DNA of 64,000 nt from contig OX597825.1 of assembly GCA_951406725.2 (NCBI GenBank), positions 44,020,001 through 44,084,000 on the forward strand. The letters run 5' to 3'. The notes beneath the pieces were generated by a model. That model was not told where the DNA came from and did not search any database. It was given only the letters and a program-made list of their open reading frames with translations. This stretch comes from Octopus vulgaris. Lineage: Eukaryota. The translations under genes were made by a program, and so were the position numbers. This document shows, in pieces, positions 1 to 12,570 of the stretch (its first letter is position 1; each line of letters begins with the position of its first letter).

Positions 1-296
1 ATGTACAACACGCATAATATTCTACAATATAAAGCATTATGCATACATGCACACTACTCACACACACACATACACACACACATGCTTGATACAAACAGAA
101 AAATAGAACTCAAAATATGAGTATAGATTTTATTGATAATTAGTAGCAGTTGCAGAGTAACTTATGAGCCAAGAGTTTTGTGCATTGATAAATGCCGAAC
201 ACACCAAACTCTCAGCCGTTGAGTCACTCTGTAACTTAACTTAACCAATTATTAATAATATATTAATAATATTACGCACACACACACATATATACA

Positions 297-343
<47 letters not shown>

Positions 344-345
344 GA

Positions 346-923
346 CAGGGTCGCCCCAAAGTAGGTTTACAGATATTCCGCTATCTCTTTCACATTCATA
401 TATTAACAGTTTAGATCTTAATTATAAAAAAAAACATGAAACCATTATTCTATGCTAATTTAGTTAATTTTGTCAAGCTCCCTTTTCAGCTGACAGTAAG
501 AGACTACTTTAATCAAGCCTTTCCATAGCTTTAGTTTGCAAGACAGGGCAGCATTGAATGGCTACCATGTTCACATGACCTGACACCGGTCGGTTTCTTT
601 TTTTTGGAATGTTGTAAAGCACAAGGTTTATGAGAAGAAACCCAAAACAGTAAATGAATTAAAAGATTACATTTTTGATGCATTTGCTGAAATTGATGGA
701 TATCAGAATTTGTGCTGCACTGAGTGTCAGAGTGTTTGGAAGAGGTTTGAAGTATGTTGCAATGTTGAATGAGGACATTTTGAGTATCTGAGAGATTAAA
801 CATTGTCTGTTTCAGATGTGCATAAACAATATGATTGTAAGATAGGAATTTAAATGTAATAGAATATTTTAAAAGAAATTTAAAGTGCCTATGTGATAAC
901 TGTAAACCTACTTTTGGGCCACC

Positions 924-926
<3 letters not shown>
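346..926 (+). mobile_element. Internally deleted Tc1/mariner-superfamily element (MITE-like) with a transposase C-terminal remnant
   Basis: 27-bp imperfect TIRs (cagggtcgccccaaagtaggtttacag at 346; ctgtaaacctacttttgggccaccctg at 900-926) followed by TA. About 556-670 translates, with a frameshift, as EWLPCSHDLTPVGFF..WNVVKHKVYEKKPKTVNELK, a decayed WPPRSPDLTPxDFFLWG motif. Confidence 0.85.
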
Positions 927-968
<42 letters not shown>

Positions 969-1240
969 ATATTGCTGTCTGGTTGAGAAGTAAACTTCTC
1001 AATGTAGTTTCCAATACTTTGGTTTTCTGCACACCATCATGGGAAGATATATTCTAGTATAACACTAGATTGGCCTGTGCCTTGTGAGTTTAGTGGATAG
1101 AGTGTGTGGAAGCCTGTGGAGGTATGGTTGTATGGCTAAGAAGCATGTTTCTCAACCATGTAGTTTTGAATTCAGTCCCACGTCATTGTAGTGGGCATGT
1201 GAATGATGATGATGTTTGTGTGTATGTGCATGTGTGTGCG

Positions 1241-1289
<49 letters not shown>

Positions 1290-1339
1290 CATAGCTTGTG
1301 TAACTTGTCTTGCAAGTTATGTGGTCACCTCACAAGTGC

Positions 1340-1445
1340 TTCTGTCATGAAAGAAGCACTCAGTGTACTCTGTAAAGTGCTTGGCATTAGGAAGGGCATC
1401 CAACCATAGAAACTATGCCAAATCAGACACTGGAGCCTGGCTCTT
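1340..1445 (+). mobile_element. Degenerate fragment of SINE-like family A
   Basis: Contains ttggcattaggaagggcatcca..tagaaac, shared with the copies at 12276, 13663, 39350, 52520, 54850 and 56300. Confidence 0.65.
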
Positions 1446-1524
1446 CAGATCCTGCTAAGCAAGTTAACTTTCATACTTTTAAAAAGAGATAAACATCCCA
1501 TCTATTGTACATCCATTAATGCTA

Positions 1525-1660
1525 TATTACCTGAAGAAATGAATCAGTGAAGATGACCAACCTGATACACATGGATACTACAGACTACGCTGTAATCATC
1601 CCAGGAATATGGACTGTGATCTTAAGAGACATTTGATGTGTTGAAACGTACATAGTAATG
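1525..1660 (+). ncRNA. Degenerate type I hammerhead ribozyme relic (Penelope pLTR-like)
   Basis: attac-CTGAAGA(1531)...GAAAC-gtac-ata-gtaat. Stem I attac/gtaat pairs; the cleavage triplet is mutated to ATA. Confidence 0.5.
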
Positions 1661-1867
1661 CTTTAAATGTTTATAAATTCCATCCAAGGATTAGTGTTAT
1701 TATTATTATAATATATATATAAATATAAAATTACATATCTATACATATAAATTTGACATGGACAATTCTTTCTTGTCTTGGGATTCATGGTCAAACAAAT
1801 GAGTGGAATTGTGCAAAAAATTACACAGGTATGTAGAATGATCCAGTGGTGATGCTGGGCTTTGTAT

Positions 1868-2072
1868 TTTTTCATAGCTCCCATGGTTACCAAGATAATC
1901 TACTATAATAATACTTTTGTGTTTATGAATGAGAAAAGAAGGGGTGATAGATGAATAAGGAAAGGGTGATGTCATATTTTTTTCATACCTCCCATGGCTA
2001 CTGAGATAATCTACTATAATATTACTCTTGTGTTTATGAATGAGAAAGGAAGAAGTGATAGATAAATAAGGA
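1868..2072. repeat. Two-copy tandem duplication of about 110 bp
   Basis: tttttcata.ctcccatgg.tac..agataatctactataata...tgtgtttatgaatgagaaa occurs at about 1868 and 1978. Confidence 0.8.
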
Positions 2073-2124
2073 AGGAATGATGAAAAAAATAAACCAAACA
2101 GCATTTCAACTCTGTGTGAATATA

Positions 2125-2388
2125 TGATTGATTGATTGATTGATTGATTCCAAGGACAAGTGTCTTCCAGAGGACCATCATGGTTTCTTGTTCTCTTGTT
2201 CTAAAGGTTCTAAGAATCCAGCCAGCCAGCCGTCTACATTTCACTGTCAGTTTAGCAACATGTACATGAAGGTCGCGTCATCACTCATGTGAATACCCAG
2301 GTCACGCACTGATTGTGCCTCTGGGATTGCAATCCCTCCGGGTCCAGTGTATTCATTGGGTATTGCATTCAGTTTTGCATGCTGATGT
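2125..2388 (-). mobile_element. Short fragment of the CR1/L2-group LINE family also at 22345 and 58745
   Basis: Near-identical to 22968-23201 ([26 protein letters not shown]...[15 protein letters not shown]), with a (TCAA)n tail. Confidence 0.9.
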
Positions 2389-2389
2389 G

Positions 2390-3320
2390 TATTTTTTTTA
2401 TTTAATTTAATTTTTATTGGCTCAAAAAGCAAAAGAAAGGCCATGTAGGGAGACAGGGAGTTATGTACTGGGAGGATGGTCATACAAATAGTTCAGGCCA
2501 TTTCCGGTCAAGAGAGACTTTGAACCGAGCGGTCGTCAGCATCTTCACTATCTTGTCTGGCAGCTTATTCCACGGATCCGCAACCCAGACGGAGAAAGCC
2601 CCTCTCCTTCGATTGAGATAAAATCGTCATAGATAGAGCTTTTTGGAGTGACCCCACAGCCCACACTCTGGAGCAGGAGTGAAGAACAGTTCTTTCGAGA
2701 GGTTACACTTCCGCTTATGATGTTGTGAGCGAGAATGAGATCACCACGGCGGTGGCGTTTTTCTAGAGAATAAAGGTCGAGCATCTTCAGCCTTTCTTCA
2801 TGAGACAAATGCTTGAGACCAAGAACCATGCGGGTAGCCAGCTTCTGGACTCTTTCAAGATGATGTATGTCTTTGAGGAGATAAGGAGAAGAGGCCTGAA
2901 TCCCGTACTCCAATATCGGTCTCACCAGCGTGACATAGAGCGGTAGAAATATGGCTGCTGTGAGCATTCAGAATGACTGTCGAATCAAAAACAGAACTCC
3001 ACGTGCTTTGTTGGCAGCATGTACGCATTGGGCCGAAGGCGAAAAGGAAGAATCCACCAAGATACCCAGGTCCTTTACTTGGTCGGTCTTCTCCAGCAGC
3101 AGATGACCCGGCTCGAAATCAAGTTAAGTTGCAGGAGAGGAGCCAACGGGCAGATGACAGCACTTTGACACATTCAGGCACAGGTCCCATTCGTTTGAGC
3201 ATCTCCAAACTTGGTGGAGGCATCGACGAAGTTCATCTATATCACTGCGAGGAGCGACCAGTTTGACATCGTCGGCAAATAGAAGGGTGTGTTGCGTGAG
3301 GTCGTCAGACAAGTCATTGC
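2390..3320 (-). mobile_element. 5'-truncated CR1-clade LINE (RT C-terminal half and 3' UTR), frameshifted
   Basis: LFADDVKL, LYVTLVRPILEYG, LERVQKLATRMV, EERL..LDLYSLEKR.RRGDLI; A-rich 3' tail at about 2390-2415. Confidence 0.9.
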
Positions 3321-5559
3321 ATGAGGTATGTGAATGTGTGCATGTGCATGCGTGCAATGGAAGTGGGGTGGTTCATCCTTGTTCGTTTAGTATTTGGGTT
3401 TATTTTTTGGTTTGATTGAATCTTGGTTGGTCAGTTATTTTTAGTGTTTTGGCAGAAAAGTCATTCTAAAATTGTTTTTTAACACAGAGCAGGTTTTACA
3501 GCTACATCATCCAAACTGACTGGGTGAAACTGGGCTTAGCTGCTAGTGTATATATATATATATATATATATATACAATATCCTTGCATTTGGATATATGA
3601 TTAATGAAAGCAGAAGTAATGTATTCACATGATGTACATCGACTACTGCTACACAAGATTCCAAATGCCTTCTACTGTTTCACAAGATACATTACTCTTT
3701 ATAAGTGTTCAAGGTGTCCATCTTAACATTCCACAGAAATATTACTGTCTATTACCACATCTCCCTTTTTGAGATTGACTTCCATTGGAAAAAATTCTTT
3801 TTTATACCACATCTCCCCTTTAGAAATTTACTTCCTACAGGACCTTTTTATTTTGTTTTGGAACTACCTCTAACAATTCCATCTGTTTTCTTTTTCTTGT
3901 ACTGGTATGCCTTGGTTTGACAATATCTGGCAGAATTGGCACATCAAAGATATCATAGAGAACCTCCATGGGTACTTCTTTCCTTATAATCCTTTCATCA
4001 ATAAACCTTTTCAGCTGATTTATGCGTCTTTTATATTCCCATTTAACCTTTCACTGTGTACATCATTTTAACGACCCATTTTATTATTTTGCCATCTTCC
4101 CAACCTTTTCCATTTTTGTACACTTTGAAAAACACCTTATCACCAGTTTTTAAATACTTGGTCCTATTTTTAGTGTTTTCCTCAGTTTTTATTTTTCTCT
4201 AAGGTAATAACTTGTCAAAAACTGACCTAATTTTTCTCATGAACATCAGTTCAGCAGGTAACATGTCTGAAGGGGCATATGGGTTTGGTGTTACATAGTA
4301 AACGTTCAGAAATTGTGTCAATGCTACATCATCCTCTAACTCATTTATGAATTACCTTAGCATCCTTTTGAACATATCCACAAAGCATTCAGGTTGTCCG
4401 TTTGATCTTGGGTGAGAGAGAGTAGTGATATGTTCAACTGAGAGCATCTTGCAAAAATTCTTAAATTCATTTGCCATAAATTGTATTCATTTGCCATAAA
4501 TCAGAGACTATGGTATCCGGGACTCCATACTTTACAAAAAGTTTGTGTAGAAAATCCTCTGTTACAATGGAGGTTGGTTTTCTACATTTACACATTTCTG
4601 GCCATTTTGTAAAGTTATCTATCACTATTAGATAGTATGATCTGTTTAATGATCCTGCAAAGTCTATGTGTAGCCTGGAATATTGGTCTTGGGCCAAGGT
4701 TGAAATTTTATAGGTGGTGATTTCACTGCAAGAGTACAATCCCTGCAGGATTTTACCAACTTCTCAATACCCAAATCCATTTTTGGCCAGTAAACATAAC
4801 TCCTCATAAGCGACTTCATTCTAGAAATCTCTGGATGTCCAGTATGGAATTCCTTTAACATTTGACCTTGTAGTGAGGTAGACATTACGGCCCTCTGTGC
4901 ATACATAAGTACATTATCACATATCGAATACAAATTCAAAAAACTGTGTTGCACATATTTTTTCATTTGTTTCTTCTAATCTATTTTTTCATTTTCATGA
5001 TAAACTCACCCATCTCTGCCTTAATTATTATTTCCTCCAATGTGACATGCAATTCACACACAGTGTTACTCAATGTATCCTTTTATTTTATTTTCAGCTC
5101 TTAATGCCACTGTCACTGTGTCTTCTAATGGTTCACTGTATTTTGGTATTAACTTTGACAAACCATCTGCATGTCCCTATTTTACAATGGTAAATGCTCC
5201 ATCTTGAAGTCATAATTTAGTAGGATTGTTCCCCAGCACTGCAATCTGTCGGTTGTACGTGTGGGGATACCCTTTTTGGATCCATAGATCGCTGATAATA
5301 GTTGGTGTTCTGTCTGTAAACAGAATCTTCTTCCATGTATAAATTTATGGAATTTTTTACCACAAATTTGATGGCTAGTGCTTCCTTCTCTATTTGACCA
5401 TAACTTTTCTCAGCCAGCAATAAGGAACGCAAAGCACGAGCTACAACTTTTGGGCTACCATCTTCCTATTTTTGTATAATCACAGCTCCAATGCATCTGA
5501 TGTCACTCCCAATTTCTAAATTCAGGTCAAAATGATAATGACGATTCCAATGTTAATCT

Positions 5560-6108
5560 TATCTTATCTAGGTCGTCCCATAGGACGCTCCATAGGGATT
5601 TCGGTTGCGCATACTATAGAAGTCACAGGGTGCTGCTTCATGAGGTCCCGCAGTTTCCATCTAACTAGGAATATTAGGGTCTCATCTATTGTCTTGTATT
5701 CAAGATCCTCTGTATGACATCCTGCTAGTTCAAAGCCAGGAATCTGATCTGTTAGGTCCTGCCAGTAACTAAATCCATGCCCTGCTGCAAATGCTTCAAT
5801 TTATTGTTGTTAAGGTTTTGTCTGTCTCCTACCCTTCGACCTGTTTGGCCTGGTAAGATCTGCCTGAAGATTTCTCTCCTTCCAGCATAGCTCTCCAGAT
5901 CAATGGAGCACACAGGCACTTCACCGTGACAGGGTACTTGTTGAATTGGCTGTTGACTACACAGTAGTTCTTCTGCTTTTTGACGGGTCTTATTTTTTGT
6001 CCCACAGGGTGTCCAGTAATTACCCTCATCACCAAGTAAGTTTGATGGGATTGCCAGTTTAGTCGCCAATGGCCTGACCATGCAACAGGTTGTACTGGGT
6101 TACTGGGT
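5560..6108. mobile_element. Unclassified ~550-bp insertion interrupting the Gypsy RT-RNase H connection
   Basis: Gypsy coding similarity stops at about 6110 (CQKAFEE) and resumes at about 5555 (HFDLNLEI). The intervening DNA is unrelated and more GC-rich. Confidence 0.5.
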
Positions 6109-6305
6109 TTCTTCAAAAGCTTTTTGGCACTTGTCTGACCAGTTCCACTTAACATCTTTTTTCAATAAGATATACAGAGATGCTCTTAAATCATGCTATA
6201 TTTGGTATGTATACCTGGTAGTAATTTGCAAGCCCCAAAAATGCTTGTAACATTACAGTGTTTCAGTTCTATATTTAAGACATGAGGAACTATGTACATT
6301 ATTTA

Positions 6306-6523
6306 CATTATTTACATTTAATGGATATTTGTTGTCATCTTGCTTGTTGTTAACACAATGTTTCGGCTGCTATACCCTCCAGCCTTTGAAAAATACCTTA
6401 GAAATGAGAACCCAGGTTCGAAATTTCCCCAAGACACCTGATGAAAGCTGGAGGGTATATCAGCCAAAACGTTGTGTTAACAACAACAGGATGAGAACAA
6501 ATATCCATCAAATGTAAATAATG
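6306..6523. repeat. Fold-back element with ~78-bp arms carrying a hammerhead-like core
   Basis: 6306-6384 is the reverse complement of 6446-6523. gacac-CTGATGA-aagctg..cagcc-aAAAC-gtt-gtgtt lies at 6433-6478. Confidence 0.85.
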
Positions 6524-6849
6524 ATTATAATGTTTGTCAGGGAAAGCAAATTTTTTATTGCACTCGCCCTTGACGGATCTGATCTATGTCCATTTTCATT
6601 GATAATCTGCCCTAGATATTTTATTCTTGGCATAAAAAATCCACACTTTTCCTCGCTGAGCTTAAAACCATAATCTTTTATTTTTTCAAGGGCCTTTTTG
6701 ACGTGCTCAGCATCTTGACCATGTGATTCACTTTCTATGAGTATGCCACCAAAGTAAGCTATAGCAAAATCCAATCCTGCAAGCTTATTGTCCATACCAA
6801 ATGGAAGTTGATTAAATTTATACAATTCTTTATAGTTATTTATCAATAA

Positions 6850-9800
6850 CTAGAAGATTAGCCTGGCATTGCCCGGGATTAAGTCAGGATTATTAAGCTA
6901 ATCAAGCGCTTTGTTTCAAACCAAACTAAGTTGCGCTGACGACAAATCTGAGCGAAATCCATTGAAATTGGTAAACGTTTGGCTGAAAATGTGTTGCAGA
7001 CAATTTGATTGGGAAATCCCATGAGTCGTTTTATCGATTTACCCACTCATCGATTTTTTGGGGGAGTCCTAAGTAATGCCGTTTTTTTTTTTTTTTTTTT
7101 TTTTATTTTGATTCCTAAGTAATGCCAGCATCAAGTTTGAACAAAATACGTCAAAATTAGTAAAAGTTATGGTTGAAAACGGGGTGTAGCCAATTTTAGT
7201 GGGAAATCCTATAAGGAATCAGTATATTGATTTTTCACTCCAAATAGGACTTAACCGAACACAACATTGCTGATTCAAAAAAATCTATATTTATACTTTA
7301 AAGTTAGTTTTCACACTCAACCCAGTTATGCAGAATCAGTGCACGATGGGACCGCATAGGTAGGGAGTTTGACTGGCAGAAGTGACCAGGTTGCACATGC
7401 CGGCCCTTTCGATACCCCTGTCATCTAATCCCAATCTAGTCCTAAACCCTCCTAGGGATACTATCAATCAAGGCTGCATCAAAATGTGCATTGGAGAAGG
7501 TTGCATCGAAGGTTTGCACCACATAAGGATGCATCGAAGGCTTGCATTGGAGATCTGCAGTAAAGAAGGTTGACTCAAAGATTTGGATTGGATAAGGTTG
7601 CATTAGAGATCTGCATTGGAGAAGGTTGATTCAAAGGTTTGCATTGGGGATCTGGATTGGAGTAACTTAGGAAAACTTACTAACAGCCTTAACAAAAGAA
7701 TAAGGGGCTTGGCCCTTCTAGCCTAACTCTATGAGCAACTTGGTCAAGTGCTGATATCGGCCGAGTGATCATTGTTGTCGGAGAAGTCAACATTGTCCAA
7801 TAATGAAGAGGAAGAGTCCATGAATTATATTGCTATGGTTTGAGACTATGTCCGGCCAATGCTTCCAGATCACCTGTTTATAACCACATAGGCTGCAATG
7901 ATGACTTGTTCTTCTTTCTATATATCGACAGGAGGAGGGTTTAGCTATGGGTTCGCCATTATCATCGATAATAGCCAATATATATATATGGAATACTTTG
8001 AAAATTTGGCTTTAGGATCAACACCACTAAAACCAACAGGGTCTTGACTACCAAGTAGGTCCCATTGTACTGTTTAGGCAGATAAAGCGTGTGCTCTTTA
8101 TCCCACTTGAGTTTTATTGAATGATTGTGTAAAATTTTCTTAACAATAGGATATATTGTAAGTCTACACACACACACACACAAACACACACTTGGTGTTA
8201 TTATTGTTGTGATGCATGTACTCTTTATCCCGTTTCAATTGTTGTTTTGAGGTGTTCCACTCACTGGGTGGTACTATTTTTTTGAAGGTGGGGATTAAAG
8301 CAGTGAGGAAGAGAGAGAATGACAGCATAAACTTTTTTAATTTATTTTTCCTCACATCTTTTTGAGTGAGTGATTAACTGAGAGAGAGAAAATGTGTGTG
8401 TATGTGAATGATAGCGTAACGCCTCTCTCTCTCTCTCTCTCTTTCTGACAACACACACCTCTCTCTCTCAGTCAATCACTCACACACTCACTCAAAAATG
8501 ATGCGAGAAAAAATAAATTTTAAAAATGTACGCTGTTACTTTTACCCCCTCATGCACACAAACACACACACACACAATGTACATTTTTTAAATTTAATTT
8601 TCCTCACATCTTTTGTGAGTGAGTGTGTTAGTGATTGACTGAGAGAGAGAGGTGTATGTTGTCAGAAAGAGAGAATGGGGAAATGTGTGTTGAGAGGGAG
8701 AGAGTATTTCTTTATTCACCATAAGGTTGAGAAAAAGAGGGGACAAAACAAACGTTGGGGTCAGGGTATCGAATGAGACGAAACATGAATAAACAAACAA
8801 TTAATATATATACAATTAAATGAGAATGAGTGATTAACAAAAAATGAAGCGGAGGACGCGGTCGACCCCACAAACCACATACTCACACTGAAGACTTTGC
8901 TTTATCCTTTTTTACATTCTCGATTAAATAGGTTCTTTCACTCGCAACATACTTGCTATAGACTTCCATCTTTTACGAAACACACTTTGCGACAGGCATT
9001 TCTTCTCCAGCCTTATTTTCCGTTTCATGTGGAAAACGAAAAAGTCGATTAGCTCGAGACTGGAGATAAACATGCCTGTTGCAATTCCTTTACTCTCGTC
9101 TTCCACACTACTTCTTTCGCCATAGCAACTACCGAAAGAAAAAAAGGCTCGCTCCTCCCTATTCAGGAAGGTCGGCGGAACTATCTTAATTACAGATTCG
9201 CTCGACAGTTGTACTCTTCTCGAATGCGACAGCAGGAATTCGACATAAGTCCAGAGTTCAGTCACCTTGGGGCATTGCACAATCGCGTGCAGGACAGTTT
9301 CACTGTCCCTCTTACATCTTGCACAAAACGGCGAAGGTGCACACCCATGTCTAAAGAGCTTATCTCGAACCGGTAAAGCTCCTCTGTAACATTGCCAGGC
9401 CAGGGACTTTTGGTAATTATCCATAGGCCCCGGACCGAATGTTCTTTGGAACAGGCTGGCCAGTTGATTTTCGTCGAAGCCCAGAGTTTCTCCTAGGACG
9501 TCGTCACACTTAAACTCTACTAACCCTCTATAGAAGAACGCGGTAGTAGCCCCGCCACCGGCGTTGCCCGACTGGGAGAGAAGAACGAGTGCCTGATAGC
9601 ACTCTGCATGCCACATGCCCAACCTCGGTCTACACTTGATCCATGGGTTCAGTTCGTTAAATGATGTGAACTGTGGAAATAACAGCTTGACAAACGGAGA
9701 CCACACCTGCTCACCGTCCAGGTAAATCCAGAGAGATACTGTATTTATTTACTTTTTATCGTGTCTTTTTTAGTGTGTTTGACAGAAAGAGAGAGAGAGA

Positions 9801-9896
9801 GAGAGAGACGTTACACTATCACTCTCTCTCTCTCAGTCAATCACTCACTCAAAAAAGATGCAAGGAAAAATAAATTAAAAAATGTATGCTGCCACA

Positions 9897-9933
<37 letters not shown>

Positions 9934-10221
9934 ATCAATACACACCTTCACTTCGCCATTGCAAGAAGGGGACTTAACTCATGTTAGCAAACTTACAGAT
10001 TTCCTCGATGTTCAAAACTGGTAAAAGTTATGGTTGAAAATCAATTTTTACCGCTATCTGCGGGTGTCTGGGGAAAATAAGTTGACAAAAGCACAGCTAT
10101 GGTCATGACCAATGTCCTCCTAAAATTGGAGCAACATGTGTGCTAATTTGTAGACGTGCATAAAGTACATTCACATACACACATACACACACACACGCAT
10201 CCTGCCTTTTATAGATATAGA
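6850..10221 (-). mobile_element. Non-autonomous Helitron (about 3.37 kb)
   Basis: On the minus strand: 5' TC at 10221-10220, 3' CTAG at 6853-6850, subterminal hairpin at 6862-6876, inserted between A and T with no TSD. Removing it restores the Gypsy frame EECSKL|LLINNYKELYKF. Confidence 0.88.
8880..9740 (-). mobile_element. L1/Tx1-like LINE 3' fragment with C-terminal zinc finger (zf-RVT-like)
   Basis: ORF 8924-9706 contains WQCYRGALPVRDKL...CARC....ETVLHAIVQC. Confidence 0.8.
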
Positions 10222-10620
10222 TAATTTTGAACATTCCTCATCAACTTAAACTGGCAGGTATGCTTCAGATAGGTTGAATTTAAAAAAATTTTTTCTCAAT
10301 TTAACTTTGCAAAAATTTATTCCAGACTTGGTAACAGGTAATTATACGGCATCAAACACTCATTTAACTTTGTTGAAAAATCAGTACATACATGGGTTTA
10401 TTTTTATTTTATGACATGAACTATTGGGGACACTCATTTAGCGTAATCAATTTTTTCAATAACTCCAAGCTTTTCAAGTCTATCCAATTCTTTATTGACT
10501 TGTTTCAATACTGCAAAAGGTACAGTTCTTTTTGGTTTAAATACTGGTATAGCGTTTTCTTTTACTTGAAACTTCACCTTTGTTTTAGTGCAAAGGCCTA
10601 ATTCATTAGAAAAAACTTCA
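10222..10620 (-). mobile_element. Gypsy RT N-terminal part, continuing the 3900-6849 element
   Basis: LEKLGVIEKID...SPIV.V.K, C.DFST, YLLPSLE, LSEAYL...VDEECSKL; joins in frame to 6849. Confidence 0.85.
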
Positions 10621-10889
10621 AGAAAAATCTTTTTTTGATTCTTTTTTTAATTCTTCTGATGTCTTATTTGTACTGTCGGAAGAACCATTTACACTTTTAC
10701 ATGGTCTGCAGCTGGTCTGTAGTTTCAGCCATAAGTACAATATCATTTGCTGATTGGAGTTGTGTTAGATGTTTGTCATTGATGTTCATGCCACTTGTCT
10801 ACTTGATGTGCTCCAGACAAAGCTAGACAATGCCATACATTCCAGACTCTTTGATGGCACCATCCTACCTGTGCTCTAATAAAAAAAAA

Positions 10890-11240
10890 AGTGAGTTGTA
10901 GGCTATTATGAAGAGGACAGAACATTGATTGACTCTGATGCAAAGGTCCATGGAAAGATCCATGCTAGGAATATCATTAAGACAGTATATTTGAAATGAG
11001 ATAATTCAAGAACAGAGTATTGAATGGTGTAACCATAGAATACCAAAAGCACAAGCTCTGCTGGGACAGGCATGTTGCAAGATTTTCAAAGAACAGATGG
11101 AGTTGTGCAGTTTCCAAGTGGTATCTAAGAGACTGGAAAAAGCCACTTGGGAAGATGATTTAGTCATGCAGTTTGGGCCAAGGCAGAGAAGAATAATACA
11201 ATCAAAACAGAACTGGAAGCACCTTGTGACCAAGGGTGTA
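10890..11240 (+). mobile_element. Decayed RTE-like LINE 3' fragment
   Basis: MQRSMERSMLGISL..., followed by decayed WAGHV-like and R...RW-like segments. Confidence 0.55.
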
Positions 11241-11584
11241 TGACAAAGGCAAGGAATTCTGTCTTCTCTGTAATTCTGAACTATTTTTCATTATTTTTTC
11301 TAAAAATCCCTTAGTAAACATGGTTATAGAACGTGCATACCGATGTAAACATTGGCAAAAACACACCTTTAGTTCATATAAGTAATCTCTATCATTATAT
11401 ATAATTTAAACATTAATTTTCTTTTATATTTAACATTCACTAAAAATGTCCCTCCTCTTTCTATAGGCTACTTCTGACGTGATATCATATAATGTTTTTT
11501 CAAACAATATTAATAGCGTTCAGTAAATCACTATACATATCTATAATTTTCTGTTAAAATGTCTTATTGACAAGTTTCATTTTT

Positions 11585-11675
11585 TCACTTCGCTGAAGAG
11601 AAGATTGCATTGTTTTATGCCATTTATTCTTTTGAATAATATCAGTGAAATCTTTGAAACGTGTCGAAAGTAAAA
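11585..11675 (+). ncRNA. Degenerate hammerhead ribozyme relic
   Basis: CTGAAGAG(11593)-aagattgcattg...cagtgaaatctt-tGAAAC-gt-GTC. Stem II pairs; stem I is imperfect. Confidence 0.45.
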
Positions 11676-11904
11676 GTATTTGATTTATACCTGCGTTAAA
11701 CTCCATTTACTTATTTATATATTATACAAAAAATTCCACATAAACCTGAAGTTTCTACCTTTAAAAACAAGGAGTTACAACCTCTTTACTTGTGTGATTT
11801 TTTGCTACCCTGGTAACTATTTTTCTATTTTTTCCATGTTAATTGTTAACAAGGGAAAAATACACTCATCTGTTTATATACATCTATATATATCATGCTA
11901 TCAC

Positions 11905-11945
<41 letters not shown>

Positions 11946-12275
11946 TGCATATTATGATTTTGTTTAAGTATAGCAATATTAATAACCTGTTGTTAGAATT
12001 CAATATGCATGTTTTAGAATAAAGCATTCAGTGATGATATTAATAAATGAGAAAGGAAGAGGAGCCATGTGATTGACTTCATTAACTTACAGCTGTTTCT
12101 ACTACAAGAAGCAGCTGTGTGCCTGTGAAATATATATATACACACAATGATATAAAATAGTTGTATATCTTCACTTACTGTGATTACTGGTATGTTAACA
12201 ATAGCTTATTTCATTACTATAATCTATTGTAGATCATATTTATAGATGTATTAACCAACACAGCAATTGTAAACA

Positions 12276-12570
12276 ACTGGCACGTAAAAAGCACCATCCG
12301 ATCATGGCCGTTGCCAGCCTTGCCTTGCCTCCGTGCCAGTGGCACGTAAAAAGCACCATCCGATCGTGGCCATTTGCCAGCCTCGTCTGGCACGTAAAAA
12401 GCACCCACTACACTCATGGAGTGGTTGGCATTAGGAAGGGCATCCAGCCGTAGAAACATTGCCAGATCAGACTGGGCCTGGTGCAGCCTCCTGGCTTCCC
12501 AGACCCCAATTGCACCGTCCAACCCATGCCAGCATGGAAAGCGGACGCTAAGCGATGATGATGATGATGT
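12276..12570 (+). mobile_element. SINE-like family A copy with internal ggcacgtaaaaagcacc repeats and (GAT)n tail
   Basis: Three internal repeats, conserved ggaagggcatccagc core, tail ccaacccatgccagcatggaaagcggacg(GAT)n. Confidence 0.85.

Larger units (their letters stand above)
3900..6849 (-). mobile_element. Decayed Ty3/Gypsy pol (RT C-terminal part, RNase H, integrase)
   Basis: LYKFNQLPFG, IKYLGQII, LLKKDVKWNWS, EKSYGQIEKEALAI, H..HP.ISRMKSLMRSYVYWP...C..C, LHIDFAG, GVPDTIVSD. Domain order RT-RH-IN; many stops. Confidence 0.9.
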
